Positions 25,040 to 35,423 of a stretch of DNA of 64,000 bases are shown piece by piece. The stretch lies in assembly GCA_964019425.1 (NCBI GenBank), contig OZ025798.1, positions 1,054,001-1,118,000 on the forward strand, read 5' to 3'. This stretch comes from Flectonema sp. DT1601 (lineage: Eukaryota). The notes under the pieces are model-generated. The model saw only the letters and a program-made list of their open reading frames with translations. It had not been told where the DNA came from and made no database searches. A program made the translations under genes and the position numbers. The first letter of the stretch is position 1. Each line of letters starts with the position of its first letter.

Positions 25040-25534
25040 ATGCCAGAATACTTGCAAATATCACCCAATGAACTTCCTTTTAGTAACTGGACTCGTCGTC
25101 AGATGTTCGTCAGATATGTACTGACGTGTTGTACAATGATAATTTTAATGCGTCTTTGGTACTACGTGTTGGGTGCTTCAGATCCGTTAGCAACCCCTAT
25201 TGTCCACGGAGATATATTATCTATTGATTATTGGTCATTTGTACATATCTCATTTTATATTGGAGTTGGTTTCGTGCTTCCTGACTATTTCCTAATTGGC
25301 CTCCTCGGAGGAATTATTTTCGAAGCTTTCGAAGCATACGCTGCGTCAGTTCCTCTTCTTGACGTCGCTGAGTTTTGGGAAGAGCGTGGGCTCAATTCAC
25401 TCTGGGATGTTATTTTCAATTCTGTTGGGTTTCGAATTGGACAGATCCTCCTTGTTCTATACGTTCAGAGGAATAGAAATCGAAAACCTGAGAAACACGC
25501 TCCATCGCAATCGAAAAAGAAAAAGAAGAAGTAA
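25040..25534 (+). CDS. Small multi-pass membrane protein with H/E/D/N motif set (VanZ/DUF2585-like), 164 aa
   Basis: ATG at 25040 after an AG at 25030. About 4 hydrophobic segments. Motifs DYWSFVH, FEAFE and ERGLNSLWDVIFNSVG. Poly-Lys C-terminus. Confidence 0.75.
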   Translation: MPEYLQISPNELPFSNWTRRQMFVRYVLTCCTMIILMRLWYYVLGASDPLATPIVHGDILSIDYWSFVHISFYIGVGFVLPDYFLIGLLGGIIFEAFEAYAASVPLLDVAEFWEERGLNSLWDVIFNSVGFRIGQILLVLYVQRNRNRKPEKHAPSQSKKKKKK

Positions 25535-25708
25535 ATCTTTGATCTGATTACTTGTAATACATGACAACAACAGTCATCAAGAACTGTTATTCAATTAATG
25601 ATTAGAGTGAATAGATTCGTTACGCTCTATTCTATTCTTACTGATGAGACACGTAGTTTATGTAGTAATTCTCTATTGTCATATATCAGTAGACAAAAAC
25701 CACACAAT

Positions 25709-26161
25709 ATGGGAAGTGAAAGGCTTCAGGACGTACCAGAAATTGAAGTTGAGCAGGTCACCTTCAAAGATGCTGACGGAGACACTTTATCCTTTAAGGC
25801 TGCTGGAGGAGGGATGGTGTATTCTTTGAATGGTACTGATAGACCTGTTTTTAAAAAAATGATATGGTCTCCTGCAATGGGTGTCGCAGGCATCACAATG
25901 CCAGATATTGGAAAGGGTTTTCCTCTTCCACATAACGGATTGCTTGAATTATTAGGTGGGCTTCGCTTCCTTGCAAAGAAAGCTGATGTGGAATTTGTGA
26001 TCCCAGATCAGGTTTGTATATTTTTATTTTAATAGGATCAACACAAAAGACAGAACGACAATAATAAATAAAAACAGGTTGAGGTTCCAACCTCATCGCA
26101 GATCGCACTCCCTAACGAAGTGGCAGACGGTCTCTTTTCCATGCGTAGCGCACAAGGATAA
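25709..26161 (+). CDS. Hypothetical protein, ~128 aa, 2 exons
   Basis: Exons 25709-26011 and 26078-26161 (gtttgt...aaaacag) join in frame. Beta-rich VTFKDADGDTLSF...MVYSLNG segment. Confidence 0.75.
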
Positions 26162-26518
26162 AATAATTAGAGCAATTCTACCTGAAACAGCTAAGTTCGA
26201 TCCCGTCCAATCGTTTCGCCTGACGTAGCAACGCAGCACATGCGATTCTTTTAGAGTATTTTAATCCCCGAACCCATCCCCTCAATATTATTCGGGTAGA
26301 TTTTTTTTTTCTTTCTTCTTCTTTGTACCACCGTGTTGGGCAAAAACAATCCATAACCCAAATGCAGTTCCCCTGGGGAATGCCTAGGTTATAAAGTGAA
26401 GCAAAGGAAAAGGGCGACACCCGCAGTATTCTTAAGTAGGTAACATGACTTGGAAGAGTTCATAATTCATACTAATTATATTTAAAAGGCTATTGAAGTA
26501 TTCAAAGACACTAATTAA

Positions 26519-29500
26519 ATGTCTGACGCTGACAAGGCTGTTGACTGCGCCTGGGGAGGTGTCGAAGAAGCTTTCATGAAGGCGAAGGGTGACTTGAAGA
26601 AGGGATACTCATTACGGGATCTCGATACTGCCAAGGAATGGATTGAAGAAGCTGTTGAAAGGGCAGAGAAGATGAAAGAACACTTTGGGAAAGGAACTGA
26701 CGCCGAAAAGCTCTGGGAAGAAATGGAAACAACTCGTGTCAAGTACATGGCTGACTACGAAGAGTTTAAAGCGCACAAAGAACTTGAAGACGTTCAGTAT
26801 GATGTGGAACTGAAAATGGGAAACGCAAAGAGAAAGATTAATGGAAACTCTGCCCCCTGGTGGGAAGAAGCTATCGAAGATCTCAAAGATGCTGAGCAGT
26901 TGACGCAACAACTTCGTACACCTGATCATTCATCAAATGCTGACGTTACATCTTACTTAGCCAACTTCGATAGTGATGCCAAGGTAATGCGAGAGACATT
27001 TGATGACAAGATGGCTGAGAGTGAACTGTCTTCAGTCGTCAGTGACCTCAAAGGAAACATTTCCAATGCCAGGCGTCACATTAATCATGGAAACTCTGCT
27101 TGGTGGTCTGACGCTCTTAGTGAACTCGAAAAAGCAAAAGAACACCGCGAGAAATTAGCAAAGTTTACCAACATTCCTCTTGCTGTTAAACATGTTCAGG
27201 ATTTCGACAGAGAGGCTGCTGAAATCACAACTCAGTATCACACGCAGATAGCAGAGAATGAGATGGACGATCTCAAAAGAGATTTACGTTCTAAGATTCA
27301 AGCTGCTGAGAATCACATGAAAAAAGGAAATCCCGCCTGGTGGAGCGAAGCGTTGGGTGAACTAGAAAAAGCAACGAGCGTTAGAGCGGATATCGTGAAT
27401 TCTGTTTACGGAGAACTACCGTTTGCGTTGGAAGTGTTGAATGAATTTGATACAGCGGCTGCGGCAATCAGACTCGACTTTAACACCAAAACTCGAATTC
27501 GTGATTGTGAAGATATTTCGCGAGACATTCGCATGAAACTGGATAGTGCTGAAGGTAAGCTGAAAAAGGGTGACCCTGCCTGGTGGATAGAAGCCATCGA
27601 AGAACTCGAACAGGCGGCCGAATTTGGAGAGAAGATGAAATCTCTGTACAGCGACCTCACAGATTGTCAAGAGGCACTCAACACATTGTCTTTTAGGACA
27701 TTTGAAATGAAGGAATCATTTACAACAAAGAGAAGAGACAGAGACATCTCTGATGCAACTCGTGAGATAAAGATGGCGCTAGATGAAGCTGAGCGTCACA
27801 TGAACCACGGCGATCCAGCCTGGTGGTCGGACGCATTAGTGAAAGTTGAAGAAGCTGAGGAGATGCTGACGAAGTTGAATGAGAAGTTCGGAGATTCAGA
27901 CTCTGCGAGATCAACAATACTTGATTCTAAGATTAGATCCAGTAGTGTTCGAGTACTCTACAATGAGAAGTCTGTCGCTCGTGAAGTGTCCGATCAATCT
28001 CGTGAGGTTCGCATGAAGCTCGACGAAGCGGAATCAAAAATGCAGAAAGCTCCACCAGTCTCATGGGCTGACGAAGCCATGGAAGCTGTCGAAGAAGCTG
28101 AGTCTTGCGCCTTGAAGCTGGCCGCTCCAAGATATTTCAGTAGCGAAGAAGCCAGACAGACAATTGTGAACTTCGAGGAGAGAAAGAATGTACTAAAGGA
28201 AAGCTACTTTGAGAAAGCACAGGCTGGTGTTATTCGAGACATCGAATCGGAGTTGTCACTCCATATGGGAAATGCTGAGCGTAAGTTTGCCGGCAATTCT
28301 CGTGAATGGTGGGACGAATCACTTGATGAACTCGAGAAGGCTACTGCTTCACTAATGAAGTTACCACGTGTTACAAACACAGAAGAGACAATCGCAAAGC
28401 ACATTTCGAGATCTGCAGCAATCCGATCGGAGTACAACGAAAAGGTTCGAGCAGACGACCTGTCTGATCTGCGTAGAGAATTGTCTCACGTATTAAATAC
28501 AGCAACTGATAAGATGTCAAAGTGTCCTCCTGTTGAGTGGGCAATGGAAGCAATGGAAGAAGCTGAAAAGGCAGACGAAATCGCAAAAGAGATATCGTCA
28601 CCTCGATTTGAAGTCCTCCCCGAAGCCAAGCAGGCTCTGGATGACTACGTTAGTCGCATGCAAACTCTTAAGGATGACTTCCACACTAAAGTTCTTGAAA
28701 AAGAGATTTCTGACGCAAAACAAGAAATGCAGCACTCGTGGAGTGAAGCAGAACGTAAGTTTAATCAAAACTCTCGACAGTGGTGGGACGAGGCGATTGA
28801 AGAACTAGAGAAGGTAGAGTCTGTAATCACTAAAACCATGCGTAACTCTTCATTATCCAGATCAAGAGATATCGCCACCGTGGTGTCTGAATATCGTCAG
28901 AAGGCGTTAGTGATGAGGGACGAGTACACAACAAAAGTCGTCGTAGACGAGGCGAAAGATCGCATTCACGAAGTTCGCCATCACTTATCAGCTGCAGAGG
29001 ATAAGTTGAAAAAGGGACACGCTCAGTTTGCTGAAGAAGCACTTGCTGACCTTGAGAAAGCAAGTGATGAGATTTCACACTGCAGAGACAACAAGTTTGC
29101 AGGTCAGTCTGTTATAGCTGAACTCTTTGAAGAGTTTTCAAAGAGATCGACTGCTATTCGTCAACAGTTTACTGAACAAGTGACTTCAGTACAGGTTCAC
29201 AATAAACTCCATGAAATAAAGTCTGAACTATCAACAGCCGACATGAAGTTCAAACGAGGCCCTCCATCGTCTTGGTGGGACGAAGCACTAGAACACCTCG
29301 GAAAGGCTGAAGAACTAAATGATGAACTAATGAAAGACTCCTCACTTAATCAAATCGATAGTGTTATTGAGTTCCAGGGAGACCTAATGGAACGAGCGGC
29401 AGGATTACGAACAGGGTACTCAATAAGTATGCTGAAAGATAATTTAAAAGATGCCCTTAGAGAGGTTAGGGATATGTTATCAACTGCTGAGACTACATTC

Positions 29501-32500
29501 TCAAAGGGTCCTAACAGATATTGGTTAGACCAGGCAATGGAAGAGTTGTCAAATGCAAAAGAAGCGATGGAATCCAAGCTGGTCAAAGACGTCAGATTCA
29601 CAGACGAAACTGATTTTCAGGAATTCAAATCAGACTTTCAAACCCGCACTACTGCTCTGGCTGATAAATATCGAGAAGCAACTCTAACAGCAGATGTAGA
29701 AGATGCTACTGGTCGATTGCAATCAAAGTTGAGTGAAGCTAAACGCTGTCTTGAACATCAGCTGTATGATGAATCTCTGCAAAGTCTTCAGGACGCTGAA
29801 GAATTAGCTGTGGCTGCAGCTTCGAATACGAGAATAGCAGGACACCCAAAATTATCAGAGTACTTAATTGCATTCCACGATGAACTCAATACTATTCGTG
29901 AAAACTACAATGAGAAAACTCTAAACCAAACGGTTGGAAAACTTGTCTACGATCTAAGTAGTCAACTTCGTACCTCAATTGATAGCTTTAAGAGAGGACC
30001 TCCAACATCTTGGTGGGATCAGGGAATGGAACAATTGGACGTCTTGACTGAGATGATTGCAACTAACTTAGCGAAGTCTCCATCAGATGTAAAATCTCAC
30101 AAGGACGTGAAGGAATTCTTAGTGAAGTACGAAGAAGAAAAAGAGAAGATGAAAAAGCAATATCGCGAAAATGTAACCAAAGCTGAATACGAGAAGATTA
30201 CCTACCAGATTAGGGAAAAACTTTCAGAGGCTGAATTTCTAATGAAGCGCGGACCCCCAGTCAGCTATTTTGACGAGGCGTTGCAAAAGACATCTGAAGC
30301 GCAAGACATTAATTGTAAACTCTGCTCTGACAGCAGGTTTCGTGGGGAGGAGTTGAACAACTTTGAGAAATCGTTTCAAGAAAAGGTGTCGAGTTTACAG
30401 AACTCGTACAACACCAACACTCTTCAAGACGCCGCATCAGACGCTTGTAGAGAATTGAAAAGGTTTTGTAATGAAGCAGAGCATAAGATGAACCAGGGAC
30501 CTCCACGTTCTTATTATGACGAGTCCTTGACACTAATTCAAGAGGGTAAAAGCTACGCAACTGATCTCCGCAACTGCGGTGTGTTGTCAAATGCTGCTGA
30601 CGTTCAGTCAGCGTTGTCGTCATTCGACTCTAAGATGACTGTTCTTGAGACTCGTTATAATAACCTCACTGTTCAGGATGACGCAAAGTCTCACGTCTCT
30701 CAGTCAAAATCACATTTACAGGTAGCCCAGAGCTTATTCAAGAAGGCAACACCAGTAGCGTGGTTGGAGGAAGGACTCGTGGAAATGTTTAAGGCGGTCG
30801 ACAAGGCTGAAATCCTAGGCAACGATTTGTTTAAGAACTTATCTGAAGTAAGCGCGTATCAATCAGAGTTGAATAGTACTGTGACTTTATTAAAAGAAGA
30901 ATACAACACAGCTGTCCTTGCTGATAAAATGAGTTCTATTCAACAACAGTGCAATCATCAAATACAACAAGCAGCTGACTATCTCAAAAGAGGAATTCTC
31001 GATTCTGCTTTGGGATGTTTAGAAGTTGGTTCTGAATCTCTTCGTATGTTGAAAGACAATCGAATCTTTGCCGGCAACACTGCAGTAGAAGCTTTCATCA
31101 CAGAGTGGACTTCGAAAGCATCTGAACTGAAGAAGCAACTCGCAGAAAAGTTACATCGCGATGAGGCTCGCATTCTTCTTGAAAAGGGTAACCGAGCTCT
31201 GTCTGACTTCAACTCGACAGCAGCCGAAAGCTTGAAGAGAGCAGCGCTACTATCTGCGAGAGACGTCGTCGATTCCTTTGGAAAAAAGCCGCTTTTGATT
31301 GAGCTGACGGAAGTCGCTAACTTTATTGAACAGAAGAAAGCGGCTGATGCCACCTATGCAACAGAGTTCCTTCTGCAGGAAGTGACTCCCATCACTCAGG
31401 CGATATCAACTCTTATCGACTCCGCAGAGTCCAGCAGCATCAGGGGAGCTAAAAAGGAAGCAAAGTCACTTTTAGAAAAGAGTGTTTCGATGGCTGTCGG
31501 AACTAAAATGGGATCTATTTCACTAAACCTGACTTCTGATATGATGCAATCTATCCCGTTAGTTAAAAGTGTTACTGATCGATTAGTTGAGAAATCACAA
31601 CAGTGGTTTAATTGTAACTTATTAGAAAGAGTAACAAAAGGTGGCAGTGAAGAATCAGAACCAACGGACCCAAACCAAATGACGCTGGTACAGTTCTGTG
31701 TCTCAGAGTACAAACCTCCTTCTGAAGTACCACAACTTAATATGGTTCCAATTAGTGCTGACATTAAGGCATGTTTACTAAAGTATCTTCGTAAGTTTAA
31801 TGAGTCAGCTGAGACTATTAATAAGGAAGCACGTGATGCAGTTAAGGCAGCTAATAAGATACCATGGAACTCAGCTGGTAAACCTACACCGTGGGATTAC
31901 ACAGCAATGAGTATTGATTACGCTCGGTATCCAGTTGATACTATTGGTAGAATGTGTGAATACATGACTACTAATGGACCTGATCGTACTATCGCTCTCA
32001 TGCAACAAGTGGCTCCAGAAGATCCGACTGTCTTAGGACTTGTTGAAAATTTTAATGAATTCAGAATTTTATTAAAAAGTTATCAAACCTTTTGGAAGAA
32101 GATGGAGCAGTTCTGTCACACTTATAATAATTTATCTCGACTGACTAAAGAAGGTGAGACAGCAGATCTTGTGACCACTCTAAGATGTGAAGCGAGATCG
32201 AGATCTATCATCGACGAATTATCAAAGTCCCACAGCACTGGATCCTTCCCTCTAAAGGACAACTACCTTGAGAGACTTGAAAACAATCACATTGCTGTTC
32301 ACAGAAGACACAGCATTATGTGCGTTACTAAGTTCTGTAAGAAACATGGAACTTCAGAAGCCAATCAATACTTGAAGCAGTTAAATACATTCCCGCGAGC
32401 ATACGAGGAAGCAACTCGCAGATACAATGAAATGACCGAAACTCTAACAGAAAGACAATATCCAAAAGATAAACAACAAATTGAAAAGAGATGTCATTAC

Positions 32501-33730
32501 AATACTTTCACTCCAACGAAGCCATCGAGAGACGATGAGGATCCAGACTTGCGGACAGCACCGCATTCGGTGATGAAAGGTGGACCGGAAACGTTATCTG
32601 GTTTCCCAGTGAGGCCATCAGTCAAACACCCGACTGCCACACAATCGGTGATCGATCATAACAAGTCAAGACTTAATAAAATTGTATTCGCAAAGCAAAA
32701 CATTGACGCAAACTGCTGCAAAGATTCTATCTTTGCATCGGACTTTCAGTTTGGTGACAATGTCCATGCGAGGGCCTTTTGGGACACTCCTATATGCAAC
32801 TACACAGTTGCTCTAGATGCTGAATCTAACGGACCTCTGTACCCTTTGGAAAAGAGTAAAACCCACTACGTCGAATTACTACTATTTGCGTACATTAACG
32901 GAGAGAAGATTGTACGTCCCCTGCAGCCGGAGGGAGCTGTCGGGTTCTTTTCATCGCAGTACGAATCGGCAAATTACTGGAATGCGCAAACTACTGTTAA
33001 GATTTGGGCTCAGAGACCTGACTACAGCTTGTGTAATGATGACTGGACTCAGTCTTCACAAAGAATAAACAGAAAGTTAATTACGTCATTCGGACCTGGT
33101 AAGCACACTGTTAAGCTTGAAGTCTGCTACAGAATTATTCAAAAGGATAAGAATTATGAAATGCAAACACCAAATGTTCCGCAATCTAACACTCCGGTGT
33201 CACACCCGATAGCTTCTGGTGAATACACTGTTGAGGTACCACAGCAACCGCAATCTTATTCCGTGTTTAAACCGCATTCGGCTAAGATGCCAACCCCTGC
33301 CGCTGATGAGTTGGCTGACTTAATAAAGATTGGATTGCAAAAAGACAGAATGTGGGGAGGTGCTCGCAAGTCTGAAGTTCCAATCTACGTTTGCGTTAAA
33401 TCAGACTGGAGGGTTGTGGATACAGTTTCTGTTGTTGTAAAAAGTGGGAATAAAATTGCATTCTTTGATGAACCAAGTCAATATGGTGTCGATTGTCAGG
33501 TTGTCTTTTACAGAACTCCAAACAACCATTGGGATACAGAAGAACTTGTGGTTTTTGAACTAACTGCTGCTTCAACAGAGCATCGCGGGGAAACTAAAGG
33601 CGACCCTCCAAAGAAGTCATTTCCACCAACAAGCTTCTTTGTAGGATCGTGCTACACAGCTGAGCCTACACTTCTTCCTCTTGACATTCTAAAAGATTTA
33701 TCTCGTCCACGTAAGAATTTTGATTATTAG
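26519..33730 (+). CDS. Large alpha-helical repeat protein (~19 repeats of ~80 aa with G-x-P-x-WW turn) plus globular C-terminal domain, 2403 aa
   Basis: Intronless 7.2-kb ORF. Repeat Trp codons at 26858, 27101, 27338, 27581, 27821, 28064, 28307, 28538, 28781 (spacing 231-243 nt), continuing to ~31000. Confidence 0.92.
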   Translation: MSDADKAVDCAWGGVEEAFMKAKGDLKKGYSLRDLDTAKEWIEEAVERAEKMKEHFGKGTDAEKLWEEMETTRVKYMADYEEFKAHKELEDVQYDVELKMGNAKRKINGNSAPWWEEAIEDLKDAEQLTQQLRTPDHSSNADVTSYLANFDSDAKVMRETFDDKMAESELSSVVSDLKGNISNARRHINHGNSAWWSDALSELEKAKEHREKLAKFTNIPLAVKHVQDFDREAAEITTQYHTQIAENEMDDLKRDLRSKIQAAENHMKKGNPAWWSEALGELEKATSVRADIVNSVYGELPFALEVLNEFDTAAAAIRLDFNTKTRIRDCEDISRDIRMKLDSAEGKLKKGDPAWWIEAIEELEQAAEFGEKMKSLYSDLTDCQEALNTLSFRTFEMKESFTTKRRDRDISDATREIKMALDEAERHMNHGDPAWWSDALVKVEEAEEMLTKLNEKFGDSDSARSTILDSKIRSSSVRVLYNEKSVAREVSDQSREVRMKLDEAESKMQKAPPVSWADEAMEAVEEAESCALKLAAPRYFSSEEARQTIVNFEERKNVLKESYFEKAQAGVIRDIESELSLHMGNAERKFAGNSREWWDESLDELEKATASLMKLPRVTNTEETIAKHISRSAAIRSEYNEKVRADDLSDLRRELSHVLNTATDKMSKCPPVEWAMEAMEEAEKADEIAKEISSPRFEVLPEAKQALDDYVSRMQTLKDDFHTKVLEKEISDAKQEMQHSWSEAERKFNQNSRQWWDEAIEELEKVESVITKTMRNSSLSRSRDIATVVSEYRQKALVMRDEYTTKVVVDEAKDRIHEVRHHLSAAEDKLKKGHAQFAEEALADLEKASDEISHCRDNKFAGQSVIAELFEEFSKRSTAIRQQFTEQVTSVQVHNKLHEIKSELSTADMKFKRGPPSSWWDEALEHLGKAEELNDELMKDSSLNQIDSVIEFQGDLMERAAGLRTGYSISMLKDNLKDALREVRDMLSTAETTFSKGPNRYWLDQAMEELSNAKEAMESKLVKDVRFTDETDFQEFKSDFQTRTTALADKYREATLTADVEDATGRLQSKLSEAKRCLEHQLYDESLQSLQDAEELAVAAASNTRIAGHPKLSEYLIAFHDELNTIRENYNEKTLNQTVGKLVYDLSSQLRTSIDSFKRGPPTSWWDQGMEQLDVLTEMIATNLAKSPSDVKSHKDVKEFLVKYEEEKEKMKKQYRENVTKAEYEKITYQIREKLSEAEFLMKRGPPVSYFDEALQKTSEAQDINCKLCSDSRFRGEELNNFEKSFQEKVSSLQNSYNTNTLQDAASDACRELKRFCNEAEHKMNQGPPRSYYDESLTLIQEGKSYATDLRNCGVLSNAADVQSALSSFDSKMTVLETRYNNLTVQDDAKSHVSQSKSHLQVAQSLFKKATPVAWLEEGLVEMFKAVDKAEILGNDLFKNLSEVSAYQSELNSTVTLLKEEYNTAVLADKMSSIQQQCNHQIQQAADYLKRGILDSALGCLEVGSESLRMLKDNRIFAGNTAVEAFITEWTSKASELKKQLAEKLHRDEARILLEKGNRALSDFNSTAAESLKRAALLSARDVVDSFGKKPLLIELTEVANFIEQKKAADATYATEFLLQEVTPITQAISTLIDSAESSSIRGAKKEAKSLLEKSVSMAVGTKMGSISLNLTSDMMQSIPLVKSVTDRLVEKSQQWFNCNLLERVTKGGSEESEPTDPNQMTLVQFCVSEYKPPSEVPQLNMVPISADIKACLLKYLRKFNESAETINKEARDAVKAANKIPWNSAGKPTPWDYTAMSIDYARYPVDTIGRMCEYMTTNGPDRTIALMQQVAPEDPTVLGLVENFNEFRILLKSYQTFWKKMEQFCHTYNNLSRLTKEGETADLVTTLRCEARSRSIIDELSKSHSTGSFPLKDNYLERLENNHIAVHRRHSIMCVTKFCKKHGTSEANQYLKQLNTFPRAYEEATRRYNEMTETLTERQYPKDKQQIEKRCHYNTFTPTKPSRDDEDPDLRTAPHSVMKGGPETLSGFPVRPSVKHPTATQSVIDHNKSRLNKIVFAKQNIDANCCKDSIFASDFQFGDNVHARAFWDTPICNYTVALDAESNGPLYPLEKSKTHYVELLLFAYINGEKIVRPLQPEGAVGFFSSQYESANYWNAQTTVKIWAQRPDYSLCNDDWTQSSQRINRKLITSFGPGKHTVKLEVCYRIIQKDKNYEMQTPNVPQSNTPVSHPIASGEYTVEVPQQPQSYSVFKPHSAKMPTPAADELADLIKIGLQKDRMWGGARKSEVPIYVCVKSDWRVVDTVSVVVKSGNKIAFFDEPSQYGVDCQVVFYRTPNNHWDTEELVVFELTAASTEHRGETKGDPPKKSFPPTSFFVGSCYTAEPTLLPLDILKDLSRPRKNFDY

Positions 33731-35423
33731 TTTTTTCCATGATTTGGAAAACTTTTATTTTTTTCATGGTGAGCCCATAAGCAGAACATGTTGTTTTCAA
33801 ATTCCATCTGTTTTTCTCATTACCATTTTTCACGATTGTCTAGCCTTCTCCTTTTGCACCAGTTGCTGCATTTTTTTTATTTTATTTTTAATGTGCGGTT
33901 GTTGACCTGTTCACCAATCAAAGCATTATTTACTTCCTCTCTGTTATAAGTACTATAATATTATATTTGTGAGTTTTTCTTCTTCTTCTCTTTTCTTCTT
34001 TTGGTCTTTAACGCTTAAAGGTTTGTAGTTTTCGATTGTTAGAAAACAAACACATCCTTACGGTCGAAACCCAACCGCTGAGTAGCTTTGTGGAGCCTCT
34101 GTACCTTGAACTTGTATTTTAGTGATAAACTAAACCTTGTGTGGAATACTATAGAGAATGCAATGCCTGTTTTAGGTATTCATGAGAACAAATATTTCCA
34201 TGCTTTTTTTTGTTGTTACTTTTTTAGCTAACAGTTTGGCAAGCGTTTGTGCAGTACCACTTTATTTATTATTTTTTGTAAGACAAGAAGAAAAGTTGTT
34301 CTTCTTCTTAGAAGAAGTACTCATCTTGATTACCTTTTTTTTATGTTTTTGTTGAAAGGAAAGCAATTTACACCAGTTTTGAGGACCAAATGCCTTGGGA
34401 ATGTGAATATTTTGCCAGAGTTTCTTTCAGTTTCTTTTTACCCTCATAAAACTCTTACTTTCCCCTCTCTGGATTGGGTGTTTGTCGATCTGCATTCGCA
34501 ATTACTTTTCATCTTTTTTACTTTTGCTAATCAGTCTCAATACGAGCTGAGCTTGACCTTCTTCGTTGTTTTGCATTGTAGTGCAAATCCATTTCCCTGA
34601 ATCTCGTTTTGTTAGATTTAGGCGCGGTCGTGTGTTGTAAGAACTTGCTGTGAAAAAAAAAAGTGAAAAACTTCGAGAAAATCTTTCTTGGCTACTGTTT
34701 TCGGAACTTCGAATCTTAAAAATTGAGGAAAAATTCGCAAAAAAAAAAAAAGTGGTGAATTTTCTAGGCCCAGGTTCGATTCCGCATCCGGCAATTTTTT
34801 CGGCCGGAATTGGGAAGCGGTGTACCTAGAGGTGATACGAGAGTGTGTTAGGATGCCAGGTCGGTGTGCTACTTCATTACCTACTTAAACAATTAAAGAT
34901 TCCGCTGATTCTCAAATAGAATGAACGTAACGAAACAGAAAACCTGCACGCAGTGCACAAAAAATTTCCATCCCCGCACACGACGCAATCATCCTGATTT
35001 TTTTCCTCTGATGTCCATCCGGTGTTACCTTACAAAAATTTATTCTTTTATTTGGTTCACTTGAATGACTTTTCGTACGAAATATACAAAACGTAATCTT
35101 TCCCATGAGGGTTGCTGCTTCATGCTGTAGAGGCGCCACCCGTTCTTCCTCTTTTTAGGATATTTTATTCCTGCTCGATCGATTGCCGTACTCCCACCCA
35201 GGCTAATTTTCCTTTGCCGTGATCCACACAAAGCTGACCATTACCGTCAGCTATTGCATTGCTTTCCCACTTTAAGCGCAAAGGATTAGTTATTTGAACA
35301 TTCCTTTTTTCATACAGCATGTGAGGATGTCGTGTTTTGAGATAATCAACTACCTCATTGTATTAATCAATTCTTTATTAACTTTATTTAACATTACATT
35401 CGTAAAGTGGGGGCGGCGTCTGC

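Noticed and set aside
26519..31200. CRISPR array or DNA-level tandem repeat
   Set aside because: The periodicity is at the protein level with diverged codons, and I saw no repeat-spacer structure anywhere in the window.
33421..33432. Second SL-like string tacagtttctgt
   Set aside because: It lies inside a CDS and lacks the downstream TTTATT, so it is a chance match.
34773..34783. GGTTCGATTCC tRNA T-loop/B-box-like motif (similar minus-strand GTTCGAATC near 37313-37321)
   Set aside because: The T-stem does not pair beyond 2 bp, and no D-arm, anticodon arm or acceptor stem can be built.
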